A DNA stretch of 64,000 nt from Octopus sinensis (Eukaryota): positions 120,714,001-120,778,000 of the forward strand of contig NC_042997.1 in the NCBI RefSeq assembly GCF_006345805.1, read 5' to 3'. A program made the position numbers and the translations under genes. The notes beneath the pieces were generated by a model that had not been told where the DNA came from, did no database searches, and was given only the letters and a program-made list of their open reading frames with translations. Of the stretch, positions 51,706 to 64,000 are shown piece after piece. Each line of letters opens with the position of its first letter. Position 1 is the first letter of the stretch.

Positions 51706-54206
51706 ATTATATAATAAAACATGAAAGTAGGGAGAAAATAATGATTATTTATTAATTACAAAATCTGACATAATCTGTGACAGCTGTTTCGATTACTGTC
51801 CATTCGAAATTATCATCATTAAACCCATTTAAAAGTGAATATACCATTAGGGGTTCATATTCCAACTTGTTTAGGCTACGGCTCCAAACCGTTAACAGAT
51901 AACATTGATGTATAAAGAAACATGGTATAAACCTTGCAGAGGAGTGGAAGGTATTATATTTATTGGGGTTATAAAAAACAATGAGAATAGAATAACATAT
52001 CTTGCTAGGGTGTTAAATAAAAGAAAATGCGGAAATAGGTATATGAGTATAATTGAAATATATTACAATATATTATGCACCAATAAGTAGTGTATACTTA
52101 TTAGTAAAGTGACAAGATATGCAAATACAGTTAAAAATTGAAAAATAAAAATAAAAGTATAAATCAAATCAAACATAAGAGTAAAAGCATAAAATACCTT
52201 ATAATTAAAGATTAAATATCTATACAATCAAAATACTGACAATGGCTAAAGGTGTATTGTTTTGAGTGTATTATAATATAAATAATAAAAGATAATTGAA
52301 TATTATAGAAATGAAGGCGAAAAAAGCCTAAAATAAAATAAAATAACTTAATAACAGAGGATATAGTATGCTATTACGTAATCAAGTGATAGTGTGTTAT
52401 ATGTAGGTAGAAACATAAACAGAATAAAATACGGAACAAATGTATAAATGTAATATTAGTAATTAATTTTAGGTGAAAAATATTCTAAAATATGTTACAC
52501 TTAGTAAGTACCTAAGGAGTTAAATAACGTAAAAGATGTAAAATTTAAAGCTAGGGTTAATTAATAGATATTATTCTTATATACATGGTTACGGATGATA
52601 AAATATGTTCATTAATGTTAGAAGTGTTTAATATAGTAGAATCAAATACTATATAATAATTTGTAAGCAGAAAAATACAATATTGTAATAATATAAACAT
52701 AAAAAGTAAAAATTAAAATTAAATAAAAAAGCACTTTCTATCTCCCCTAAGACTAATTTTGATTTGGGCAAATAAAAAGAAATAAAAGAATCTATTGGTG
52801 AAAATACTTAAATTTTCAGCGTTCCAGAGAAAATACCGGAAACAAATATGGTCGAATATTAATGGAAGTTAATGTTTCAGGTTAAAAACTAAAAGTAAAT
52901 AAGAAGTAAGTACGTCCATGTTTATAAAGATAAGAGCATAAAGTGGGTCAATATATCGGGATTAATTAAAATCATTTAAATAGGTTGTCTTCAAAACCTG
53001 CATTGGGAATTTATTATATAGAGAAGACTGAAAATATTGTGTACAAGAGTCTTATATTTAGGTAGAACTGGGCTGTAAAATAATATAAGCTTATCGATAG
53101 GTTAATAATATAGACTAAGATATGTTTCTGCAGAACAATGCAATATTAAAGTATAGTAAATCATTACTATACATAAATAAGTAATGGGTTTGATGGAATT
53201 ACGAGGAGTAAAAAAAAACGTAAATAAATTACTATTATTAAGAAGGGGTGAATAAATTCAAAGAAAGGTAATTTAAGAAATATACCAATACTTGAACATT
53301 GACCCGGAAGATAATTAAAGAAATATACGATATACATATATTTATATCTTGTTATCTAGTATATCAATATACCAATAAAAAGCCAGTGGATGCGGGGAAT
53401 AAGTGTATACTTTAGTCTAAAATATATTGTAGTTATAAAACACATGGATATGAATAGGCTTAAATAAAAATTGATAGTCAAGGGAAGGTAATAAATTAAT
53501 AAATTACTGGAACCAAACCAAAACAGATTACAGAAATTTGCGAATGAGATTTTAAAAAGTGAAGGAGATCTGCAGGAATATCACTTGTAATTAAGTATTT
53601 TCGTCACTATCAATAACTAAATTAACTAATTATAAATAAATAAAAATATATGAAACATATAAATACAGAAATAAATAAATTAGTAGATAAATAATTAAAT
53701 TAATTAGATAAATAATTAAGTTCACCATAACAGAAAATAAAGAGGCTAGATAAAAAAGAGAAATTTATATATAAGTTAGTGCCTTATGAGATGAGTGCAA
53801 GGCATAATAGCGTGTTTATTTATAAGGTGCATGTAGTTAAAACTATATATACATGTTCAAGTATTAATATGTGAAATAGGAAGAAACTAAAATACGTTGT
53901 TATGTAAACAAAGGCTAGATAAGAAAAGAAAATATGTTGTGAGATATGTGCAAGTTATAATACAAGTATAGTATGTTTATAAGGCATATGGATTATATAA
54001 CTATATAAAGGATAAAGTATTAAACCAAGTAATAGGCAAAAGTCTAAAATGAGTAGCTATATAAATATAAATGTAAATTAACTTACATGGTTAGGCATAA
54101 ATATAGTGGGAGGGGATAAAAAGTGTGCAAAATTAATCTAGTGTCCGAATTTAATTTGTGGTGGGATGTGATACACAAGTTAATCAAGATACCTCATCTT
54201 GTTCCA

Positions 54207-54576
54207 TAGGCGTAGGAGTGGCTGTGTTATTAGTAGCTTGCATAGGAACAACATGGCTCCGGGTTCAGTCCCACTGTGTGGCACCTCGGGCCAAGAAAAC
54301 CCTTGTGAGTGGATTTGGTAGACGGAAACTGAAAGAAGCCCGTTGTATATATGTATTTATGTGTGTGTATATGTTTGTGTGTCTGTGTTTGTCCCCCTAA
54401 CATCGCTTGACAACCGATGCTGGTGTGTTTACGTCCCCGTAACTTAGCGGTTCAGCAAAAAAGACGATAGAATAAGTACTAGGCTTACAAAGAATAAGTC
54501 CTGGGGTCGATTTACTCTACTAAAGGCGGTGCTCCAGCATGGCCACATTCAAAGGACTGAAACGAGTGAAGGAATA
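54207..54576 (+). mobile_element. SINE family B, near full length
   Basis: TAGGCGTAGGAGTGGCTGTG head, GGTTCAGTCCC B-box, GGAAACTGAAAGAAGCCCGT, internal TG repeat, GGGGTCGATT, AAAGGCGGTGCTCCAGCATGGCC tail. Confidence 0.88.
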
Positions 54577-54910
54577 CGGAGAGATATATTAGTAAACAGA
54601 ATAGAAATAACTAAATATATCTCTATATTTAGATAATACAAATTTGGCCATGAAGATACAAGAAATATTACGCTCATCACGGTGTTTAAGAATAGGATAT
54701 TTTACAGAGAAAATGAAAAACGATTCCTTTCAACATACAAAGGATATTTATTCATATTAATTTGATAAGAAGGTGCGGAGGCTAGTATCTCCCATTATAT
54801 CATAATGTATATTCTTACCCTTAACTCCCAAATAAATTTACCTAGACCTGTACAGTTAGATGTGTTTATTGCTAAAAGTATACAGATGGGTTGCTATGTG
54901 TTTCTTATAC

Positions 54911-54951
<41 letters not shown>

Positions 54952-55064
54952 TATTATATAGAAGGAGCTTCTACAGGAGTACCTGCTATAAATTAATTTT
55001 ACTCTGCTATGTATTGAGTACCTTATTTACTGTGGTTAACCCCGAATCACCCGGGACCTACATA

Positions 55065-55325
<261 letters not shown>

Positions 55326-56421
55326 ACTTACGGTACAGAATAGATTATGTTCAATGAGTCCATACCGCTTGCAATTTCTCATTAGTTGTGTTGGTTGCAA
55401 TAATAATATGTAGATATAGGTATGTAACTCGTTGTATTCATATGTTTGTGTGTGTTCGTGCGTCTATGCTTTTATTTTTATCTGTGCTTCTACGTGCACC
55501 GTTCTGTTCCTCATAGAGTTGTTGTACTTTTGCATGCAAAACGTGTGAATGTGGTGATACCTACCTAGTTTCATTGCTTTGAATAATGTATATTCTGCCT
55601 TTCTATTTCGTATATCTGATGATGGTACGATATCGTGCATACACATTTGGCAGCAATTTCCATCTGATAGCTCGTTACACCAGTCATGCAAGTAACTTAT
55701 TTTCTTTGATTATCGTATTATATAGTGCTATTTACTTTAGCTTTAGCTTTTTTTTTATAGATTACCCATGAAGTCGTTCAGGGATTGGATCTTTTCAAGT
55801 GGGAAATTCACTATATAGTTTTTTTTACAATCATCTTTACATGTATTTTTTCGCGATTCTTAAATTTCTTTTCATGTCCATGATTGCTTACCCATTCAAA
55901 GTAGTGGTGCATAGGAAGCATATATTCGCCCTATATATTTATGTATAATTTCGTATAATATCGTGCACTTCATTCATTGTTTACACTTCAATTCATTTCA
56001 TTATACGTCAGCCTCAGACCTATATATAATATACAGTTTCCGCCAAAATTCTTTATCTGTTCTTTGTAAATTTGCTCTTTAGATGCTCTACGAAAATCCC
56101 TTGTTACAATTTCTTGGTAATGTGCATTTGTTTCAACCGTCTTACGTTATCAATTATTATGATATTTTGAAATCATATTTCCCTGGAGGTTTACCAGAAT
56201 ATTTATTCTCAAAATTTATCGCATTACTTTGTTTTTCTAATAAGTTTATGTAAAGTCTCAACACACAAAGAAACACGCTCAAACACACAAGCGCACAAAC
56301 GTATGTATGTATGTATGTGAGAGTATGCATGAGTGTAGTGTGCTCGTATAGCATCCATATATATTTGATACGTATATACATATGTAAATATATATGCATA
56401 CATATATGAATATATACATAG

Positions 56422-56488
<67 letters not shown>

Positions 56489-57195
56489 ATATATATATAG
56501 ATAGATAGATAGATAGATATAGATATATATATATACATATACATGCATTCATACATACATATAGTGATCAATACGTGCGCGGATTTGTAATTAGTTTGGA
56601 ACTTGTTGGCTCAGATCTACAGAATACAAAATGTCACGAGAGAAAATAGGCGTCTTCATCTCCAAACGTGCGAAACGAGGCTAATATATGTGAACATTTT
56701 CAGAGGTTGTGCCATTCATTATTTGTGTAAAGTGGACGAAATTTTTAAACGAGATACACCGATATGCAAGAATGTATTATATGAAATAGTTTTGATGCAT
56801 TAAGCCGTTAGCTCCCATTGGACTAAAGGTTACGACGAACTGGTAGTAAGAGGAGGTAGCTATTTCATGAGAGATAACCTATGTATGAATGTATGGATAT
56901 AATTTATGGGTGACATAATTTTAGCCGAGTGCTGGAAAACGATGAGGGTTGTATGGGAAAGAGAAATAACCTCACTGTGAGCAGATACTAGATTTTTGCC
57001 AGGCTGTCGTATATGGGGTTGCTTAGCCCAATGTATTTTTCGCAGACATCTGGGACCTCTGCTCCTTTACAAAGTATCATTGGTTTTTAAGGCAGGGTAA
57101 GCAATTAATTCTGCATGTCTGTGCTAGTTATTGTTTCTCACTAGAGCATAATTTGCAGTTATGAACATCAAATTGTTAGATTGATAGGAACCCTA

Positions 57196-57735
57196 TCAAA
57201 GCGATATCGAAACATTCCCGGGCTGGTTATGTTCAATACAAAATTATTTATTTACCTAAGGTTTCACATCATGCCCTTCGAAATAGTTACCTTGCATTGC
57301 AATACACTGGTCTCAGCTTTCCTGAACCACTTGGAATCCAGCCTGGAAGTCGTTTTCCGTAAGACAGTCATTGACCTTCTGTGATTCACTCTGGATTTCG
57401 ACAAGGGTGTTAAGACGGTGAACTTTGAGATGCTTTTTCATCTTGGGGAAAGGATCGACGTCCACAGGTAATAAATCTAGCGAAAAGGGTTAGTACGGAA
57501 TCAATTCCGTGTTGTATTTCGAGAGAAACCCTCGGGTGATGAGAACTCAATAACAGGGTACATTTTCGTTGTGAAGAATCCACGTTTTCGCCGATTATCC
57601 TCCATGAAACGCTTCAAAACGTCGTTGATTTTCCTCCAACGTTCTCCAGGCACGAATGAATTTCCTCCCTATTTCTGGGCTCAATCTTGCGTCAGGTCTT
57701 TCAGATCTCTCCTCAGCTTCTAGAAACTTTTGCAT
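57196..57735 (-). mobile_element. Mariner transposon 3' remnant
   Basis: Minus frame ILHNENVPCY*VLITRGFLSKYNTELIPY*PFSLDLLPVDVDPFPKMKKHLK...EIQSESQKV...DFQAGFQ...CIAMQGNYFEGHDVKP* (stop ends at 57256), cf. HDNAP, PHPPYSPDLAPxDF, GDYFEG. A TIR-like TATCGAAACATTCCCGGGCTGG lies at ~57205. Confidence 0.85.
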
Positions 57736-57778
57736 GCATGGTGGGGGAGAATGTTAATAGTAATTTAGCTGGCACCTT

Positions 57779-57836
57779 TTTGGCTGATGAGAAATCGGGT
57801 GCCAATTTGGCGCTAAATTTCGAAACGGATACCAAG
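57779..57836 (+). ncRNA. Type I minimal hammerhead-ribozyme-like motif
   Basis: Stem I TTTGG(57779-83)/CCAAG(57832-36); core CTGATGA(57784-90); stem II GAAAT/ATTTC with inner GTGCCA-ATT-TGGCGC; GAAAC(57822-26); minimal stem III and triplet ATA(57829-31), with one mismatch at 15.2/16.2. Confidence 0.55.
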
Positions 57837-58131
57837 TTGAACAGTATTTAATTGTTTTGACACCCCATTTAATTGTTCTGAGGTAAGACAGTATTGTTCA
57901 CTGATAGTTTTCCTATCATGTCAGTATATAAATTTGTGACTACACAGTGGTACGGAAGTATTTTCTGACTACTACATTTTCGCCATTATGGTTACTCATG
58001 TAGTAACCTAGTGTATATATGTACATATCTACTATTGTATGTATATATTTTATTAATTTGCATGTACACTTGATAATTCGCTTACCACTCGTGATAGTAT
58101 TTCAATAAAACCATCCCTATATTCATTGAAA

Positions 58132-58350
<219 letters not shown>

Positions 58351-60084
58351 ATACGTAATTATACCCGTGTATTCGACACCAATATTTGTTGCTCTGTTCT
58401 GTCCGTATACGATCTGTCTAAATATACAGATTAGGCTATGGACAAAGTTTTCTATTCATCATGCAGAAATAAACTACACGAACATTGTCAATGTTAATTC
58501 ACTTAGTCTCGACGGGTCCTTTGAATATAATACATTCTGTCTCTCATTTCGACTGTACGCTTTGATTTCAGAGCGATTTAGCAGTTATTTCTTGCAGCCC
58601 TTAGAGAATTACTTTCCTAGATAAATATATTGATTAATTATTTAGATCTATTACCATAAATCTTGAGATTCTCTTCCCTTTAGTCACATATTGTAGCGTT
58701 TATTGCTTCAGATTAAGTCTCAGACTAATAATTGTAGTGTTAAGGGAATATATTAATATATCAATTGAGGCTCCATAATCATTTCATGCATTCTCATAAT
58801 ACGAATTATAATTACATTAATCAATGATATCCGAATAATTAAATATCAAATCACTAATACAATTACATAATATGTTGATACAACATACTAAAAGGTTATC
58901 TCATTGAGAAATGCGTTATGTTTTAACCAGCGTCGAAACCGTACGTTCGAGTTAATGCTCTAATTATCTCCGATATATCTCACAATAACACTTCTGTTCA
59001 TTAGAAGCTTAAAATGTTGACCCTAACGAAAAACTCATTAATAATATTGCTAGTGCTTGTCGAAATATCTGGATGTAATCGTTGAAATATTTCAGAATAA
59101 TAACCTTTCTGATTATATCTTATGGTAACCACTCATACATAACATAGCAAAGCCTGCACCGAAGAGATTATCGTTTCTTCTCAAAACCAGAAGCTGAATT
59201 CGTAAATCTACAACGCCTCATCTTTACCACAATTCACATGCTTCATATTAATCTACATGCAGAAAGATGCCACCTCAGGACTTCTCAAATGACTCTTGTC
59301 AACCAACTAAAATCTTAGCTATATGCACATTGATTTCTGTGTTATATTATTTGAATTTTACTACAGCAGACATCATCGCTTTTCAATTAGATATTTGTCT
59401 GGTAAATCTACTCATGTCCTCACACTGCATCCATTTGTCAATCAGCTACTCAACTGTATCCTTCACACAGCTCCTAAAATGTTTCCCCCACACATCTCCT
59501 CAACTGTATCAATAATATGATGCGAACCTATGCAGACAAGACTTTGAATACTGCAGAATTCCTTCCCAGATTAGGTCTTCTCTTGTATACCAAAAACTCA
59601 ACGCCCAAACGGGGCACATGTATTTCAATCTTATCTTGATTCTGAGGGTTCATGATGTCTTTTCATTACTAAACAATAGAAACAATATATTTGAGCTTTA
59701 TTTTTAGTGTATGTTATGATTTGTTATGTCAACGATTATATTTAGATGCCAAGATTGGAACTATATAGATGTTCTAATTAAGGGTTTCATATCAGAATCT
59801 ATATTTTTAACTGTTAGTTTTTATTACCTCCAACACAGTTCGGAAGTCCTGTATAAAATCTAATTTTAAACAGCATTTTGTCTAAGGAATCACAACTTAG
59901 ATATTACTATTAATGAAATAGTCCTTAATAACAACCATTTCTATCTTAATTATTTGAATGTACAGGCATAAAGGTTCAAGCGTATTGGGAGACCAACACA
60001 TAAGATACACACACACATTAGAAAACCAGATTAGCATACATGTGTTTGTGTTTATTTGTATATGCATTTATATATATATATATA

Positions 60085-60570
60085 TATATATATGGGCCGT
60101 CCACACGTGATCGAGGCAAACCATTGCTGACCTTCAGGAATATTGTGTGCTCTAGGACTAACTTTAATTTGGCATTTGCGGCTCCGTTGGTGGCTAATTA
60201 AAAAGCCTGCTCTTGACAAGCATCCACTACTGCAAACATTGCAAACCAAGCTTTCCCCATTCACTACACCAGCAGTGTGCTTTCGAGCAGCACGCTTAAG
60301 TTCTTCATGCAGAATACGTACTATCTCAAAAGTGTTGACCCCTCCTGAACCTGCTTCCTCGAACTGTGGCGATGACATGCATTGCTCTCCCAGTCAGCGT
60401 CCTGTATATCACAGGTTTTCAATGAGGATTTGATACTGTCCTTAAATCGCAGCCTTGGTCTCTGCCGAGGTCTCTTCTTTCCATTCACAAGTTCCCCACA
60501 GAGCATCTGCTTAGGGATCCTGCTATTCTTCATTCTAATAATGTGTCCAGTCCAACATTACGTTGGATTG
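60085..60570 (-). mobile_element. RTE/BovB-like LINE 3' fragment
   Basis: WTGHIIRMKNSRIPKQMLCGELVNGKKRPRQRPRLRFKDSIKSSLK...WESNA (cf. WAGHVxRMxDxRIPKQLLYGEL..GKR..GxPxxRYKD) and a terminal VCNVCSSGCLSRAG..SHQR zinc finger. Confidence 0.88.
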
Positions 60571-60574
60571 GACA

Positions 60575-60607
<33 letters not shown>

Positions 60608-60652
60608 TCAATAAATGGTGGGGTTGTGTTGACCGCACGTGGAGAAATGATA

Positions 60653-61102
60653 AGTAAGGAAAACTTTTTTTAAAAATGCAGAATGCTCAAATGAAAGAAA
60701 ATTTTAATAAAATGAGAAATTGATAAAATATATAAATATATATTTATTCAACCGGTTTTCGTCATTGTATGACTTGTCAAGAATATTTATGTTTTAAAAA
60801 GTTTTTTTAAAAATTAGAAAGGGGAAAAAAAGAAAATTGCATTGTTTTTTGTAAAAGAATAATGATAAAAATGTACAAAAATTAAAAAATAAGTTCTCCG
60901 ATACATTGTGAGTTCGTTGTGTATCTTGAGTTTTATGGTTGTTCACGAAAAAAATACCTTGAGGTGTTAAGATCCAAAGGGATTAAGAGCATGACGAAAA
61001 CCGGTTGAATAAATATATATTTATATATTTTATCAATTTCTCATTTTATTAAAATTTTCTTTCATTTGAGCATTCTGCATTTTTAAAAAGTTTTTTCCTT
61101 AC

Positions 61103-61103
<1 letters not shown>
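60653..61103. mobile_element. Inverted-repeat element (~113-bp arms), possibly derived from a Penelope pseudo-LTR
   Basis: 60653-60765 and 60991-61103 are reverse complements that differ only in homopolymer lengths at the outer ends. Confidence 0.7.
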
Positions 61104-61137
<34 letters not shown>

Positions 61138-62459
61138 GTGTTTGTGTGTGTACGTGTGTAGTGGGTAGGGAACTCTTGATTAAACCGGTCTATGTTATCG
61201 ATTCGAGGGATAGTGCAGCTGAACATACGCTCATAGCGCAAAGGAAAGTAGCTAAATAAGTTTGACTTTTTGTTATCAGCTGTAGTGACTTTTACATTTT
61301 TCCGGAATGACTAATATATTTTGTTCCTTATAAAGCGGATTGCTATGTTGTGCAACACGGCACAATGCCAAGATGATACTGACAAACAAATAATGTGACC
61401 AATAAAAAAATATTTTTAGAATATATTCCTATTCATGGAAAATCGATAGCTTTAAGCAAACTACCAGAAAGCATTTGCATGGATTTCGTTCAAAGTGAAA
61501 CTATTGGATACCATGTATTTCCCTATAATGAACAAGTGAAGCAAAATAATTCCACTACAAATGCTTATATAATGCCAGGCAGTTGTTTGAAATGAGGCCC
61601 ACAAAATGTACATGGAAACACACACGGTTTGTTTACTCTTTATATATATATATATATATATATATAATTATATATCAGATTTTCTATACACAATAAATTT
61701 TTCGATTTATGCTCAACTAATCTCATGCAATGTTATATAACATTTCATTTCAATTTTAAAATCTAAACTTAAATCAGATCGTTTCTCTTATCTTGCTCAT
61801 AAATGCATACTTGTGTTGTTTCCATTCAACTGGATAACAGAAATCTGAAGTTCAGGGAAAATACACACAGTGCTGAAAATTTTATTTTGTCCCTTGCTTT
61901 AGAGCTCTGAACGTGAACGGTTACACATCAACTAAGAAATCTCTCTTCTGTGTCGCTGTTTGCATGTTTAAAAATGACACGGTAAATGTATTCAATTACA
62001 ATCTTCTGTCTTAATGCACACAACCATACAAGTCGAAAGAATATACCTACGCAAATTATTTCGCAAATATCTACATCAGGTACACTGACACTAAATAGTC
62101 AAATACATCAAGACAGTAATTGAGTTGGAACCTATATTAAGGTTGATGTAAACAGCAGAATATGAAATATTGTGGTGAACTTCTTCAAACAGAATGTAAG
62201 TTAAATATAAAATATAAGAGACATTTTGTGCAGTGTTCTGTGGAGTCTACATTTTCTTTCCTCCTAAATATTTGAAGGAAACAGAAGTGTTCAAAGATTA
62301 TGATTTCGGGGCATTAAGATGCGTTAACGGAAGGTGCACTAGAATGATAGTGACACATTGTGAGACAATGGGGTACATGGATATACAAGCATCAAGGGAC
62401 GCCAACACATTAGATACCCACAGATATAAACCCAGCTTGGCATAAATTTGCATACATTC

Positions 62460-62502
<43 letters not shown>

Positions 62503-62504
62503 CA

Positions 62505-62620
62505 TATGAGCAAAACGCCTCTCGTCCAATGGACGGTGCTGAGTTGTCAAATATGTAAACCAAATTTTCTCAAAACAACTTGTCCGACCCTGCCATAGGC
62601 CTCCCCTTTGAGAAACACTG
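62505..62620. mobile_element. hAT-type terminal fragment
   Basis: Ends in TTTGAGAAACACTG (62607-62620), the reverse complement of a CAGTGTTTCTCAAA hAT-like TIR. The partner end is not seen. Confidence 0.4.
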
Positions 62621-63035
62621 ACTTAACCTCCTAAATTTGAGACACCAGCAAAAGAAGGAATAACGATAGACATTTTTTTCTATTCCAAAGAAAAACGATT
62701 TTATTCCCATAAATATGCGACCGAAGAATTTAAAGTACCAGTAATGATAAGGATGTTGACTGGGAGAACACAAATATGGTTTAAACGGTAGATGCACTAC
62801 GAAAGAAACGCGCCTTTAAGCAGTACAAATACAACAAAAAATGGAAGGTGCAGTTATGTACACGTTGACGGCAGAAAAGCGAAACAAAAGCAGCTTTATC
62901 GATAGCATTCTCACCTGGAATCGATTTTTGTAATATTTTCAAAACGTATACACGCCTAGATACCGTCGGATGGAGAATGCCCGAGATCCTACAAGACACA
63001 CACACAGACAGACAGAACGGATTTTATATAATAGA
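62621..63035 (-). mobile_element. Helitron-like 5' terminus
   Basis: The minus strand starts A|TCTATTATATAAAATCCGTTCTGTCTGTCTGTGTGTGTGTC, a typical non-autonomous Helitron 5' TC end. No 3' CTAG was found. Confidence 0.5.
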
Positions 63036-63808
63036 TATAAACCAATATATATACACATATAAATACACACACATATATGCACACACATTTGCACGTGTTC
63101 ACCCCTCATCCACACAGTGCTTTATCTGTTCATATTTTGTCGGACCTGTTAATTACAAAAGATAACCCACCCTACAAAAATGTTGACTTGTAATTTTGAA
63201 ACACGATCTTCAAGTAAGGCAAGTACACAGTGTGAGACATTTTATGCGACGTTGCAAATCTCAGACCATTCAATCTCCAATATTGGAGTTCGATATTTCA
63301 AGTAATACGAAACAAAACTATGCGGGATGAAATCGATGTTTTGGAAGCAAATGTATTTTCCGGCTTCGATTCCACCTTAGTGTATTTGTATATCTTGTTA
63401 CACTTCACGTGAACAATATTGGAGGATGGTTCGATCGATATACTGTTTAGAACAGCAATACACGAAATAATACAGCTTCGATCAGAGGTATTCGATTATG
63501 TCATCATTGGTATAGATGTATACACGTATTTGATAAATACTGCTAACGAAAATCGATAGAAATTCGCAAGAGGTTCAAATCATTTTATTATATAATTCTA
63601 AGCTGATTCCCTTAAAACATGGCACTCAGCTCATTTGTATGCATTCTTTATTTTGAAGTATCCGGCAAATATGCAATTATCTAATTGAAGGGTTCCATGT
63701 TGTTAAATATTCACCTATAATTGCTTCAGTTTTATATATTTATATATGTCTGTGTGTGCGTATGTATGTATATATATGTATAATTATATAGATATATATT
63801 TAGATAGT

Positions 63809-63852
<44 letters not shown>

Positions 63853-63860
<8 letters not shown>

Positions 63861-64000
63861 CATATGAGCAAAACGCCTCTCGTCCAATGGACGGTGCTGA
63901 GTTGTCAAATATGTAAACCAAATTTTCTCAAAACAACTTGTCCGACCCTGCCATAGGCCTCCCCTTTGAGAAACACTGACTTAACCTCCTAAATTTGAGA
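63853..64000. repeat. Exact 148-bp copy of 62495-62642 (offset 1358), truncated by the window end
   Basis: Base-by-base identity from TTTATATACATATGAG to CCTAAATTTGAGA. Confidence 0.92.

Noticed and set aside
51900-54150. Possible mitochondrial insertion (NUMT), suggested by AT richness and strand skew
   Set aside because: No mitochondrial protein, rRNA or tRNA motif was recognised in any frame, and the A+G skew does not fit the usual A+C versus G+T mitochondrial skew.
61395-62445. Two 66-70 aa ORFs preceded by acceptor-like sequences
   Set aside because: No recognisable domain, and their length is within chance expectation.

Overview
AT-rich, microsatellite-saturated eukaryotic genomic DNA. 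No host protein-coding exon, rRNA, tRNA gene or CRISPR array could be supported. The SINE families and the (TA)n/(GATA)n load resemble an Octopus-type (coleoid cephalopod) genome; this is inference from recall, not a search result. The window is a graveyard of mobile elements: a ~5.5 kb L1/Tx1-clade LINE (45311-50842, minus), a full-length decayed mariner (8733-10005), a decayed Tc1, a mariner 3' remnant, three R4/Dong-like fragments, two Penelope-like remnants, an RTE/BovB-like 3' end, two Helitron-like termini, three inverted-repeat (MITE-like) elements and about a dozen tRNA-type SINE copies of three families. Three observations stand out. (1) The Tx1 LINE sits inside an (AGAT)n array on both sides, which suggests GATA-microsatellite targeting. 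(2) All eight frameshifts in its ORF2 are single-base losses that can be repaired by lengthening a base run, restoring a stop-free 1146-aa ORF, so the element may be intact and masked by sequencing error. (3) A hammerhead-ribozyme-like fold with an intact catalytic core lies at 57779-57836.
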